From NCBI GenBank assembly GCA_020639315.1, contig JACKGM010000002.1, forward strand, positions 94,321 through 158,320: a stretch of DNA of 64,000 nucleotides. The letters are read 5' to 3'. Numbering within the stretch: the stretch's first letter is position 1; every line of letters begins with the position of its first letter. This document shows, piece by piece, positions 31,601 to 37,070 of the stretch. The notes below the pieces were generated by a model. The model saw only the letters and a list, made by a program, of their open reading frames with translations. It did no database searches and was not told the DNA's origin. The position numbers and the translations under genes are program-made. The DNA is from Candidatus Nomurabacteria bacterium. Its GTDB lineage: Bacteria; Patescibacteriota; Saccharimonadia; JAGOAT01.

Positions 31601-31645
31601 TCTATACCAGTCCTAGTGATCAGACGACAAAGAAGGGTGGAGTAA
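16667..31645 (+). CDS. giant (4,992 aa) LPXTG-anchored cell-surface protein with multiple repeat and adhesin-like domains
   Basis: SD AGGAGGG upstream. Signal peptide MVKSSSIKNYWAGLTLTLLLTLNTLLPALSYA-Q. Many DUF11-like repeat domains (for example DLAISKQVS...YTLLVSNEGLASANNVVITDTLD). Six FG-GAP-like repeats, four SdrD-B/CnaB-like modules (GNYVWND.D..G) and a probable beta-propeller region. PEPEPTPTPEP linker, then LPNTG + hydrophobic helix + RRQRRVE. Confidence 0.9.
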   Translation: MVKSSSIKNYWAGLTLTLLLTLNTLLPALSYAQITPIPNSPDQLSKSSQSSRQVSQLAQTEVDNTTSSSPLNQAGQVASNLASQVIDDLSQVASEVSDSAEAAYLQNDSDGFYYVDFIGNDAGVVPNGGFGGISNNYLSNNIAGTVSIDPAGGNTATVSTVEIRPNSFDGWNQVELEATYSSTNAIKINLLTCDDNLVPNTPIPGFQNLTLSGGVVDISSLNHIPPTGYDCIRVQVVMDNLAGSIPAPVVSKIKASWIPLPVLLIDHLTPDQVEVGQVIVNTLRLSVSYAEACEVVAYAPLPETGATDPDNYVDNYTPSYGQNPNPSLIEASDNGAYTASQITIGDTTIPANSVYWDLGCLKAGYTGKLTYKLKTLNGWENGILYHTQAYAGAESPVAPVTSDSDKTTSGAQKNLTELISTPKPVIDKTVSGTFYYNYIHYVYDNATAGYTPQVTYYIKISNAINQFTGVETIFNASISDDLSDIYDKLANQCGVATPGTRISNISTGGVLDDTTLGSEVIDWTGLGNMLPNQSKYVSFSVNYAGCPDDQVINNTATFSADNISDISDAIDVVINLPADIEQVGIYPRKYFGDTTYNNLSTISLPMINSGTTTLGDLVTIDKIPKSLADGDTVNNQPHSTDFVNASLPNGVNGSIWYRTDEVDRSMTDPPGYDPLTGVMTGWIDYLLNPPADPSDVTWVAFRVDCLNSNLFDAPTSGRCANQPTSTTAKITVKAMQDTTCSIRTLSNQALFYAYEGGSELPFSDPLTAPQLPSDLATPLQNIQSDPALISPVTPRVITDISGPVGVTPPGEIEYTIKLSTLFETALNTVVTIPTPVINVGGANTYLKLVNVDTTTGSVDLSKIYSSPYQMTINLGNLPAGSSETITIKYLVSAGTLPYKNIDITPTTTYQDNANCPVVGSTDTIRTQIYPGVASLITYKEVTESLIPTGDNIHYALHFQNIGINPTTQTWVVDKVPDKTVLDYLYLNGTDPVGNSYSCTNCKAYFSKSIPPLPSDLSPSDPLDPTIINNNFTLGTQEANPSGGTRWVSPFGIETSYFAVLVDNSALTPSMFPVGAIGSVGVEVTNDSNNTTPTVEGSPAGSIISNSNAILSSELLQAIAPPVFTTILPSPGLAINKYEVTSSGSEVLKAGEAFQWKIDYLNDSGTTNSVTRIIDHLPAGVSLSSIKNSFNSHAISQGASSGEVDITTNPVVSIVSNLDGTATITIEIANDDGTSPSLRGSGLGLADREGGVITLNLVADTDLVTGSIITNKADGYYEDSSGKPGQVTDTDTLVVRNPDLAISKQVSRTDPIPSSAPNQDFFNYTLLVSNEGLASANNVVITDTLDPGICYNSATPTVISVSGGWSLPAPTVSGTCASGQTLTWNGTIDHTSYPTGTIPALSEQILITYKVYIDQSIANNTTLSNNVSVSSTDIESPDNYPNTATSSVTTPEADPYAIKVGERTVIPGETWEFNLIYGNDSRAEATGVYLIDTLPDWDTTSDPSGAGQSDVTLNFVSVSNGEQVYYHSGAITASPPAFDPNNPTSNGWTLTPGTGSSSPNYIAILPNPSTLASQAGPYTVSINLTATDPDTGFNLPSGTTLTNNVDIYADTDINTTNNHSNATTKTPSSDLAITKTSDPSGSYPGIAPGEALTYTLRVENKGTESTCQIGVTDDLTSNLAYLEPQTPLHSLGTVELRNISDNSSTDFVNLVGDKITDLVGVTDNSTASMLDIEIGDSTNPPNTVCMPANTYFEFQVYTRVLDSTQDSVEIVNQATVTKLSTPVEDYLDNNTDSSSVVVWRADLYTHKDGFGCGADNNCNSTADNDDTYIDAGERIHYDVEYGNVGNISADNPDLVESIPVNTCYRQNSVTNQPPNTTLQYSNDNGITWDYTPVYTNSQDCSITDLRFHWNSELPNSRYFGEAGSFTGVKSQINTIPSDYLSPGGIEKILASDGASGDLFGYSVAIDGDRVVVGAYRDGDNGTDSGSAYLYDWDGSSWVETKLPVSDGAAGDSLGYSVAINGDRVVVGALYDDDNGSNSGSAYLYDWDGSSWVETKLTASDGAANDRFGQSVAIDGDRVVVGAFYDDDNGIYSGSAYIYDWDGSSWVETKLTASDGVFNDWFGYSVAIDGDRVVVGAYRDDDNGTDSGSAYLYDWDGSSWVETKLTASDGAADDRFGQSVAINGNRVVVGAPYDDDNGTDSGSAYLYDWDGSSWVETKLTASDAAADDWFGYSVAIGGDRVVVGAYRDDDNGANSGSAYLFSPEDGVWTQQVIKYYTSAYYYKYTTVSPTLHDSWSKLLIDSEIPEGTSITYSLYSNSTCTTSLGTQWQNQPVTSVVDISSIPATVTNICIRFDFDRTANPTAEPKIYGYTFTYQGPVTKFGFDVVAMQDTTLTTIDNNVSIATATPELLTSNNTDTDRMFLLQSDLELKKSVDLSAITTTEISNGDTLTYTLEFSNLGPNTSNAVVVTDQLPLAFQTDPPSTPVIVATLDSGATMLCSFDSANRKIYCDNDGSSATASTLTLAPGEGGVVTITQPINPADPGAVDGSILVNTASIDSSTLDPTPENNTDSASTLVGTASNVYAVKTGSDIKANLGQEYTYTIEFGNNGNQDATNFSLVDILDNTHLSTNPSEIPVIDQSNLATDIPGLVCSTEGTAPDYTIYCDDDGDSSTPSSFTLTSGSASSIDITVVVKGDINLLTNPYTVVENIVSVDTTSTEVDITDNTDTHEVPIIPAGLSTISGTVFYDQDKDIAIDDGDYGIEGVDVFLSGVDLLGNILVPDKNQYPVEYEQAMTNLVSQGLIPAGSYSASNPYPAGYLITSPVMTDQNGHYGFAGLYPGTYNLYETQPSQYASTGSDNGFLGYDSNGDPLPDPSNGPDGAGTDPRYGEGSLQTSDPLTVNQINSIVLLENEDSIENNFGEVGLSLGNYVWNDLDNSGTVNGSETGIDGVVLELYQDTNSNGVYDPGIDALVSSTVTGDNPNTTGVTEVGWYQFDGLIPGDYLVLVTSTNFDTGAVLENYFSSTLVVDPDNDTDNDDNGVVVNGGSDYSAGVASQAITLEPLTEPITDEDTDSNTNNTLDFGFYQTTSLGNYVWNDGNHDGIQDITESGVDGITVTLYSAIDDSIVSTTVTGDNPDTVGIIETGWYQFDDVPAGDYYITFSSLPTNYVFTSANQTTDQYDSDVENLTTGQTATFTLATGIMPDNYYPDIDAGIYDTSLSIGNTVWIENGNNSVYDYITDTGVNGVTLELYLDTNDNGVYDSGVDTLVSTTITGDNPATTGVTESGWYQFAGLSAGDYFVLIPASQLTTGGALYGYSSISGQSGDDQIDSDDNGELSSYGVITQVISLATDSEPSNDGDGSINSDLTIDFGFVAQELGLDITKDINNLVHISDNLYSASVTITASNLGGQDLTNFQLVDNIETSLNLTSSDITVTTMPVIDSGFVLSDITASDLNSSFSASSLDPDIFSSGLTLLDGDSGVISFTVELNITDYYSVFSNAPSCNPDPALTSTPWIDIDAFGNGTIVGTTEANATVAIYVDSSLFATTVADSNGCYLYNFTSTDLPCTAGDHTITVYDTEREWMSSVDFQANTPGTDLGFFFDVTTDPTTWTPLPDSAPGDTFTGGIGDVVTTRDGSITYSPKLIDLDNIPYSVIDIYDTSDKDNISLLGSIDLGSYAYGAAVALSPDQTKLFVAEYRPATFPGVITVYDVSAVPTTIPTTPIQTINLPGITTGPIDLEIDNQGIVWVAADFQTGGAIYTIDSNNLGAGATLAHSLAGAMALEISKSMNKLYIYQYNSVDQISVIDTLSGTLTTGVHTLDTNNTTSDYFVSAAIDPYGFYYYVPDPLNHEIDMLDVVSGAYLGSIALPNDLLITSVYMTIDGKYLVASGVNDGSIDPGLENTRELAVFDTSLISINPGDYMLLSRISLGVSSESWGYATFGGGAPSASLTAPEGDCVNTLPNIASLTSDQSSVSDPASFGASTPNPALDLVKSITTVPELLSLDSYRYTIDLRLENTGNVDLSQLNLVDDIETEIPGVVVTAVNSVTVSTAPATGTLTLNPSYDGKSTNPQLLDPLTSDLPIGEFAVITVVVDLDYSGVTESPADNTATVDGVDTVDPDNTVSDQSTAEMDPSNIPTPDLTIVKDTLPATTDPELATWLSDGVTEYSYSLTPALSGAEIVNSGGTSPIRVLDNLPPELTMTDYPTGSDAVNWDCSASSLGSPAILDCNYLGSYPVSPATLESIIVTVTLNPGVDPNTTITNTATVSSTEEPVVNQDNNSDSEEIGVLGVVDLELTKSVNNPTPLPLDQVTWSITVSNNDTGNGLSDATGVVVEDIISGLAPDLVYFSHSITDAPSAGTIGSFDPLTGVWNIGDIPSGEETTLEITMDLSATATGTIKNLAQVTGLDQVDIDSDPNDNTSAPDPDSPSDPGSKPVTTTNPTGLDLHDDEDNAEITLLPTPDLTIVKDTLPATTDPELATWISDGVTEYSYSLTPALSGAEIVNSGGTSPIRVLDNLPPELTMTDYPTGSDAVNWDCSASSLGSPAILDCNYLGSYPVSPATLESIILTVTLNPGVDPNTTITNTATVSSTEEPVVNQDNNSDTEEILTEDPILPPDPTPMVGIAKSIGAITQTTDPLDPGQLIANSYDIPVTLTVRNYGLGQALMVDVTDDLVATFPDLDPTQIVVSTPVSITTTPDSVVANPNYDGVTDTSLTIPADSSLAPDQVAVLSFTLTLTSPTLDHDYFNTALVTSTDTNDNTYTDDSQDGLDPDNGSDDPASNGNDDPTDNTEPSLILIPDTTQPLPISDLSLTKSLETTEEIRIGDTVTFALKLTNNSTTTSAPGPITVTDTLPTGLTFIGFTSANPNFNCSGTTTVTCTLDDSILPTLSETVYINTYIGEDTSDTISNIATLATTTSTDPDQTNNTGLVSGISITTPEPEPEPTPTPEPTPTNSNTKDITSNSILPNTGILSHPVTQLLLLISIISIPVLVIRRQRRVE
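22511..23480 (+). repeat. six tandem 162-bp (54-aa) FG-GAP-like repeats, locally GC-rich, inside the giant gene
   Basis: Repeat consensus SDGAA.D.FGYSVAIDGDRVVVGAY.DDDNG.DSGSAYLYDWDGSSWVETKLTA, six copies. Generates shadow ORFs in other frames and on the other strand. Confidence 0.85.
24880..26760 (+). repeat. four diverged SdrD-B/CnaB-like modules within the giant gene
   Basis: Module starts: ISGTVFYDQDKD (24880), LGNYVWNDLDNSG (25433), LGNYVWNDGNHDG (25921), IGNTVWIENGNNS (26316). Three contain TGDNP...GWYQF..L/V.(A/P)GDY. Confidence 0.7.
29057..29493 (+). repeat. intragenic 437-bp duplication, copy 1
   Basis: About 98% identical (7 substitutions seen) to 30020-30456, offset 963 bp, in frame. 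Confidence 0.9.
30020..30456 (+). repeat. intragenic 437-bp duplication, copy 2
   Basis: See 29057-29493. Confidence 0.9.
31538..31645 (+). other. LPXTG-type sortase sorting signal of the giant protein
   Basis: LPNTG, then hydrophobic ILSHPVTQLLLLISIISIPVLVI, then RRQRRVE-stop. Confidence 0.85.
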
Positions 31646-31653
31646 CCCTGTAT

Positions 31654-31908
31654 TGTCATCCTCCGAAGTTCAGAGAACTTACGGGGGATCCAGAGCATTA
31701 GTCATCCTCCGAAACCCAGAGGGTTTACGGGGGATCCAGTATTCCCGCATTTGCATTGTCATCCTCCGAATTCTCCTTGAGAGAATTACGGGGGATCCAG
31801 TATTTAGTATTTATGGGGCTCAACTCAAATACTGGATCTCCGGTATTTCTCTTTTAGAGAAATCCGAAGATGACAAGAGAAGGGGGCATTGTCATCCTCC
31901 AAGATAAA
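31654..31908. repeat. hairpin-unit cluster starting 9 nt after the giant-gene stop
   Basis: Units with stems GAAGTTC/GAACTTA, GAAACCC/GGGTTTA and GAATTCTC/GAGAATTA, an inverted CTTCGG-type unit, and a terminal half unit. Confidence 0.85.
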
Positions 31909-31924
31909 AACAGTTTTTGTGTAA

Positions 31925-32088
31925 TAACCCTGTTGCCATATAAACTTGCGAGGTCAAAGCTGATGATTTTTATTCCCGACTAGCAAAACACGACAAAGCA
32001 TAACAGGAGTTACGCTGCGAAGTGTTTTGCTAGTCTGGGGCAAAAAATGGCAGTTTTGAAGCCGTGAGGTTATATGGCAACAGGGTTA
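31925..32088 (-). mobile_element. MITE family 1 copy (inverted relative to 5207)
   Basis: TIRs TAACCCTGTTGCCATATAA / TTATATGGCAACAGGGTTA. Directly abuts a family 2 element. Confidence 0.7.
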
Positions 32089-32090
32089 AT

Positions 32091-32253
32091 ATAGCAAGCT
32101 CAAAACAAAACCAGACAATTTGAGCTGTACTATAGAGGACTAGAAAGGTAGTTCTTCTTAAGAGCCATATCCATAGATATGGTGAGTAAGAAAACTAGCT
32201 TTATAGACTCTAGAGTTGGGTCAAAAGTCTGATTTTGTTTTTAACTTGCTATA
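32091..32253 (+). mobile_element. MITE-like long-palindrome element, family 2
   Basis: Near-identical to 2012-2176. Confidence 0.6.
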
Positions 32254-32283
32254 ACTAAGATTATTTTATTTCACAAGCTAAAA

Positions 32284-32292
32284 TGCTATAAT
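32284..32292 (+). promoter_or_regulatory. extended -10 (TGcTATAAT) 9 nt upstream of the mnmG ATG
   Basis: TGCTATAAT-tcatctgat-ATG with no SD. Confidence 0.35.
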
Positions 32293-32301
32293 TCATCTGA
32301 T

Positions 32302-34155
32302 ATGGCAAAAAGTCAATACCAAGTAATCATTATTGGGGCCGGTCATGCTGGCTGTGAAGCGGCAATCGCTAGTGCCAAGATTGGTGCTAAGACTGCCCTG
32401 ATCACCACTGATTTAAGCAAGGTAGCTACTACACCTTGCAACCCCTCGATTGGCGGTCCCGGCAAGGGCAATCTGGTCAGAGAAGTCGGTGCCCTTGGAG
32501 GCATAATGGCAACGATTACTGATCAGTCTGCAATTCAAATCAAAATTCTCAATAGCGGTAAAGGCAAGGCTGTCCAAGCCTACCGAGCACAGCTAGACAA
32601 AACTCTCTACAATCAAAATATGCTTGCCTTACTCAAAAGCACAGAAGGACTTGACTTGATTGAGGCTCAAGTAGCGGAGATTGTGAGCCGAGATAATCAA
32701 ATTACGGGGGTAAGGCTAGTAGGTGGTCAATCAATCCTGACTGAATCGGTCGTGATTACAGCCGGAACTTTCCTTAATGGTGAGATTGTAATCGGAGACC
32801 GAGTAGTACGCAAGGGAGGCAGAATCGATGAGGATAGTGTCTATAGTCTGAGTGATAGTATCAAAAGGCTGGGTGTCTTGTCTGGACGCCTCAAAACAGG
32901 TACTCCTCCCAGGATTGCCAGAGATAGCATTGATTATGACCAAATGGAACTTTCCCCTGGCTCTGACGCAGCAATCAGCTTCTGTTACCCAAACCATCAA
33001 ATCTTGCCTCTCTCCATGCAAGAACCTTGTTATCTAACTTATACTAACCATCAGACACATCAGGTAATCATGGACAATCTCAAGCAGTCCCCAGTATTTT
33101 CTGGCATGATCAATCAACGGTCTCCCCGTAGTTGCCCCAGTCTAGACAAAAAAGTAGCAAATTTCCCAGACAAATCTCGACATCCAATCTTTATCGAGCC
33201 AGAAGGTAGACCAGACGGAGTGGATGGAGAAAGAATGTATATCCAGGGCGCGTCTCTAGCTTTCCCAGAGGAGATTCAAGAACAAATCATCAAAACTATC
33301 CCCGGACTAGAAAATGCTAGATTTATCCGTCATGGCTACGCAGTGGTTTATGACTATTTCTTGCCGAGTCAGCTAGACAAGACCCTGATGGTTCGTAACC
33401 AATCTGGACTCTATCTCGCAGGTCAATTGATTGGGACTACGGGTTATGAGGAAGCTGCTGCCCTCGGTCTGATGGCTGGCATCAATGCTAGCCTCAAAGT
33501 ACTGGGCAAGCCTAGATTTGTCCTAGAACGAGATCAAGCCTACATCGGAGTACTAATCTCTGATTTGATTAGCAAAGTACATGTCGAACCTTATCGAATG
33601 TTTACCTCGAGAGCTGAATACCGTCTGAGCCTGAGAAACGACAATGCCGATCTTAGGCTGGCTAAGCTTGGTTATCGGTTAGGTCTACAGCCAAAATCTT
33701 ACTTGAGTCAAGTCAATCATCGAAGACAGATGATTGACCAAGCTATCGAATTACTCAGGACTAGCTCAGTCAAATATCAAGGTCACCCTACTACGGGATA
33801 CCAACTCCTAAGAATGCCCAAAACGACTTTGGCTCAGACTTTAGAAATTCTCGGGATAAGATCTGAAGTAATCGACCCTAGTATCTATGACACAGTTGAG
33901 TCAGAGATCAAATATAGTGGCTACCTGGATAAACAAGAACAAATCATCGAGAAGCAGAGAAGACAAGCCGAGATCAAGCTGGGATCGGGGATGGATTATA
34001 CAAAGATCAAGAGCCTAAGAAATGAGGCAGTCGAGAGGCTGAGAGAAGTAATGCCCGAGACTATAGCTGACGCAATGAATATCCAAGGTATCACCCCAGC
34101 TGATCTTGAGGTATTGACTTTTAGCGTCAGGAAGTGTAGAGTTAGCTTGTATTAA
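32302..34155 (+). CDS. mnmG: tRNA uridine 5-carboxymethylaminomethyl modification enzyme MnmG (GidA)
   Basis: 617 aa. FAD motif [13 protein letters not shown] and conserved [19 protein letters not shown]-like ([13 protein letters not shown]) and RAEYRL motifs. Confidence 0.9.
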   Translation: MAKSQYQVIIIGAGHAGCEAAIASAKIGAKTALITTDLSKVATTPCNPSIGGPGKGNLVREVGALGGIMATITDQSAIQIKILNSGKGKAVQAYRAQLDKTLYNQNMLALLKSTEGLDLIEAQVAEIVSRDNQITGVRLVGGQSILTESVVITAGTFLNGEIVIGDRVVRKGGRIDEDSVYSLSDSIKRLGVLSGRLKTGTPPRIARDSIDYDQMELSPGSDAAISFCYPNHQILPLSMQEPCYLTYTNHQTHQVIMDNLKQSPVFSGMINQRSPRSCPSLDKKVANFPDKSRHPIFIEPEGRPDGVDGERMYIQGASLAFPEEIQEQIIKTIPGLENARFIRHGYAVVYDYFLPSQLDKTLMVRNQSGLYLAGQLIGTTGYEEAAALGLMAGINASLKVLGKPRFVLERDQAYIGVLISDLISKVHVEPYRMFTSRAEYRLSLRNDNADLRLAKLGYRLGLQPKSYLSQVNHRRQMIDQAIELLRTSSVKYQGHPTTGYQLLRMPKTTLAQTLEILGIRSEVIDPSIYDTVESEIKYSGYLDKQEQIIEKQRRQAEIKLGSGMDYTKIKSLRNEAVERLREVMPETIADAMNIQGITPADLEVLTFSVRKCRVSLY

Positions 34156-34400
34156 TATCATGTTATGTCTGTAAAACAACCGAGCTGTCTAGGAAATTGT
34201 TCATACTTTTATAACTCCTGCTGCAAAATGGAGTCTCGTTAATGGTAAATAAACAACCTATGCTCGGTCTGACCCACCCACACTTTTCTAATCTGTAACT
34301 AACAGTTACTGTATTAGACAGGGAGTAATAAGTTACTTTTTTGCATTCAATCAAAAAGCGACCTAAAATCAAGGTGTAAACACTTAAACAAAAGGTCGCT

Positions 34401-34722
34401 ATGAATAAACTACAAAAAATACAAGCAGATGTAAAGAGTTTAGGGGAAAATACATACCTCAGGCTAAACTAAAAAGATACAATACGGCAGTAGCCACAAT
34501 CTCTCTTCGTCCCCTGATCTCTCTTAACTCTGCTGGTAGGAGTCTAGGATTAAAAAGATCTACAGGTGAGAGAAGGTTAGAGAGAATTGCTAGTGACAGT
34601 GCCTTATCCAAGTCCGTATTAAGAGGACTCTTTTATCAAGCATTATCCCAGTTCAAGAACGGTAGCTACATTTATCTATCTTTAGACCATTCTCAGTTTG
34701 GTACCTTCTCTGTAGAGATGTA
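34401..34722 (+). pseudogene. possible frameshifted N-terminal fragment of a DDE transposase (family uncertain)
   Basis: MNKLQKIQADVKSLGENTYLRLN-stop. After a frameshift it continues KRYNTAVATISLRP...RLERIASDSALSKSVLRGLFYQALSQFKNGSYIYLSLDHSQFG, where the LSLDHS motif resembles the first catalytic D region. Truncated at 34722. Confidence 0.3.
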
Positions 34723-34737
34723 AGTCTTGTAGTAAGG

Positions 34738-34743
34738 TATAAT
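34738..34743 (+). promoter_or_regulatory. -10 box TATAAT 5-8 nt upstream of ATGs 34749/34752
   Basis: GGTATAATaggtgATGATGAATG with no SD. Confidence 0.3.
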
Positions 34744-34745
34744 AG

Positions 34746-35792
34746 GTGATGATGAATGATTTTGTAAACTTGCCAAAATTATCTTGCGGGGATCAGGTCG
34801 CTGTAATATCTCCATCTTCAGGTCTTCCTGGCTTATTCCCTTGGGTACAAGATCTTGGCATACAAAGGCTTCAGACCAACTTTGGACTATTTGCTAAAGA
34901 GTACCCAACAACACGACTAATGGGCTCATCTCTGGAAGCTCGAGCACGTGATATAATGGATGCTTTTGGAGATTCGAAAAATAAAGCGGTATTTGCTTCA
35001 ATAGGAGGCAATGATCAGATAAAACTTATAAAGCTGCTAGATCCAAAGGTATTTACTAGCAATCCAAAACCATTTTTTGGCTATAGTGACAATACACATC
35101 TACATAATTTTTTATGGAACCTAGGCATACCTTCATACTATGGAAGCTGTATAATGACCGAGCTAGCATTCCAGGTAAAGATACCTGATCTAACAGATAA
35201 ATATCTTAGACAAGCATTATTTAAGAGAGGTAAATTAACAGTCAAAGACTCAAGTACTTTTAATGACATAGGACTTAACTGGTCTATTAAAAATAATCTC
35301 AGTAAAAATAGAATTTTTGAAGCTAATGAGGGAACATATTGGGATGGCCATGAGGATGCAACTGGTATTCTGTGGGGAGGATGTGTAGAGTCATTAATCG
35401 CGCAAGTCAGTGCAGAAGTATACTTACCTTCTCCCAGTATCATGAATAGTACGATTCTCTTCATTGAGACGGCCGAGGATATACCAGATCACTGGGTAGT
35501 TGAGTATTTGTTAACTGGTCTTGGGGAACGAGGCTGGCTTAGTAAGATACAGGCTATTCTGGTTGGAAGACCTAAGACATGGGACTTTGATAAACCATTA
35601 TCGAAAAAAGCAAGAGTAGAATACAGAAAAAAGCAAAGATCAACCATTATAAAGACAATAAGAAGTTATAATAAAGACTTAACAATCGTACAAAATGTTG
35701 ATTTTGGACATACGGCTCCACAAATAACATTACCCTATGGAGGTAAATGTAGCATAAGACCAGATACAAAAGAGATAGTGCTGTACTACTGA
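34746..35792 (+). CDS. S66-family LD-carboxypeptidase (LdcA/MccF-like)
   Basis: Motifs VAVISPSSG, SIGGND, GYSDNTHLH (Ser nucleophile context) and DFGHT. The true start is probably ATG 34749 or 34752. Confidence 0.7.
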   Translation: MMMNDFVNLPKLSCGDQVAVISPSSGLPGLFPWVQDLGIQRLQTNFGLFAKEYPTTRLMGSSLEARARDIMDAFGDSKNKAVFASIGGNDQIKLIKLLDPKVFTSNPKPFFGYSDNTHLHNFLWNLGIPSYYGSCIMTELAFQVKIPDLTDKYLRQALFKRGKLTVKDSSTFNDIGLNWSIKNNLSKNRIFEANEGTYWDGHEDATGILWGGCVESLIAQVSAEVYLPSPSIMNSTILFIETAEDIPDHWVVEYLLTGLGERGWLSKIQAILVGRPKTWDFDKPLSKKARVEYRKKQRSTIIKTIRSYNKDLTIVQNVDFGHTAPQITLPYGGKCSIRPDTKEIVLYY

Positions 35793-35837
35793 TTAATATT
35801 ACTGTACTCCATAATACGAGTATATATTTATAGTGCA

Positions 35838-36311
35838 TTGTGGTATATTGGGTTGGTACTTTCATGCAAAGTAGGGGTAGGTATTCTAATTATTAACGAC
35901 CGAGGCAAAATACTAATCAGAGAGCGTAACGACCCCAAAGACCCTGACAATCTAGGTAGGAAAGAATTATTGGGCGGATACATTAAACCTGGTGAAACAC
36001 CAGCCCAAGCGATTACAAGAATCTTGATCGAGGAAGCTGGTGATGACCTCAAAGTAGAGATCATTGCTCCGTTTACCACACTATCCTCGGAACCAGTGTC
36101 TGATCCAAGCATCTGGAGTATCGGAATACCCCACGTATGCAAACTGATATCTGGAAAACCTAAGATCAACCCTGACTATAATCGAGTCACAAACTTTTGG
36201 TGGATTAGTCTCGAGCAAGCCTTAGATGACCCCAACCTTACCCCCGGTACCCGCACCCAGCTCGAGGATTTTTTAGAATGGCTAAGTATTGTAATCGATA
36301 CTATTGAATAA
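35838..36311 (+). CDS. NUDIX hydrolase
   Basis: Nudix box GGYIKPGETPAQAITRILIEEAG. TTG start is uncertain. The stop codon TAA (36309-36311) coincides with a degenerate MITE family 1 terminus. Confidence 0.7.
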   Translation: MWYIGLVLSCKVGVGILIINDRGKILIRERNDPKDPDNLGRKELLGGYIKPGETPAQAITRILIEEAGDDLKVEIIAPFTTLSSEPVSDPSIWSIGIPHVCKLISGKPKINPDYNRVTNFWWISLEQALDDPNLTPGTRTQLEDFLEWLSIVIDTIE

Positions 36312-36400
36312 CCCTGTTGCCAGATAGCTTGATGTCTCCAAAACTACCATTTCATTTGTCCTAACTTGACAAAACAGTTTTTGACCAACAGATAAGAGCT
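36309..36400. mobile_element. degenerate MITE family 1 remnant
   Basis: TAACCCTGTTGCCAGATAG..., with weak similarity to the family 1 interior beyond the TIR. Confidence 0.3.
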
Positions 36401-36413
36401 AAAAAACTGTTTT

Positions 36414-37070
36414 TTAATAAACCGCCAAAAACTGCCGATTTGGAATAAATTGTTTGTAATGCTCCAGAAGCCCAGCTGGCAAGTTGCTATCTGCTACCTC
36501 ACTACCAAAGATCGCATAGAGCTCAGTGTCAAAATCTTGACCTGTTTGATCCCGATATGCATCAAATCTGTCAGGGTAGACATTGGTATTATAAAACTGG
36601 TAATACTCCCTAAGACCGAGAGCCAATTGCTCTCTAGCTCGGTCATCAAGTAGCTGAGAGTATACATAGTGCAAATACTCGTGGGCGATCGTAGTAGCCA
36701 GACCAGTTGCACCCAACTCAAAGGCTTCTGGTCTAATATAAATATTACTAGGAGGCTCAATATAGCACCCGAGGACTTTGCCATCTGGATGACTGGCTTG
36801 ATTGAGACACAAATCAGGGTTGATCAAGATATCAGGTAATGAGCTTTTATCAATCCCCAGGTCATTGACGGTATCAACGACTTGACTATCGAGATACTGG
36901 TACCCTTCAATGCTCTGACTAGGTGGGTCAATTGGATGAAGCTGAGATAAAATAGTATTAAACAATCGATAGTTATCTTGACTATGGCTGATAAGCCCTA
37001 TCCCGACTATTGCCATAATACCAGTGGCAAAAATCATTGCACTGATCAAGCGCCAAAACAGTCTAATCAT
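36414..37070 (-). CDS. membrane-anchored hypothetical protein with HExxH motif (putative zinc metallopeptidase)
   Basis: N-terminal TM (LISAMIFATGIMAIVGIGLI) and TIAHEYLHYV. Overlaps the upstream gene by 4 nt. Confidence 0.45.
   Translation of the reverse strand: MIRLFWRLISAMIFATGIMAIVGIGLISHSQDNYRLFNTILSQLHPIDPPSQSIEGYQYLDSQVVDTVNDLGIDKSSLPDILINPDLCLNQASHPDGKVLGCYIEPPSNIYIRPEAFELGATGLATTIAHEYLHYVYSQLLDDRAREQLALGLREYYQFYNTNVYPDRFDAYRDQTGQDFDTELYAIFGSEVADSNLPAGLLEHYKQFIPNRQFLAVY

Noticed and set aside
34163-34372. 69-aa minus-strand ORF downstream of mnmG
   Set aside because: No SD, no motifs, and it lies in a decayed intergenic region next to a transposase remnant.
35828-36169. 113-aa minus-strand ORF overlapping the Nudix gene; likewise 35138-35464 and 35647-35865 (-) over the LD-carboxypeptidase gene
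   Set aside because: The opposite-strand genes contain clear family motifs (the Nudix box and S66 motifs), whereas these ORFs contain none.
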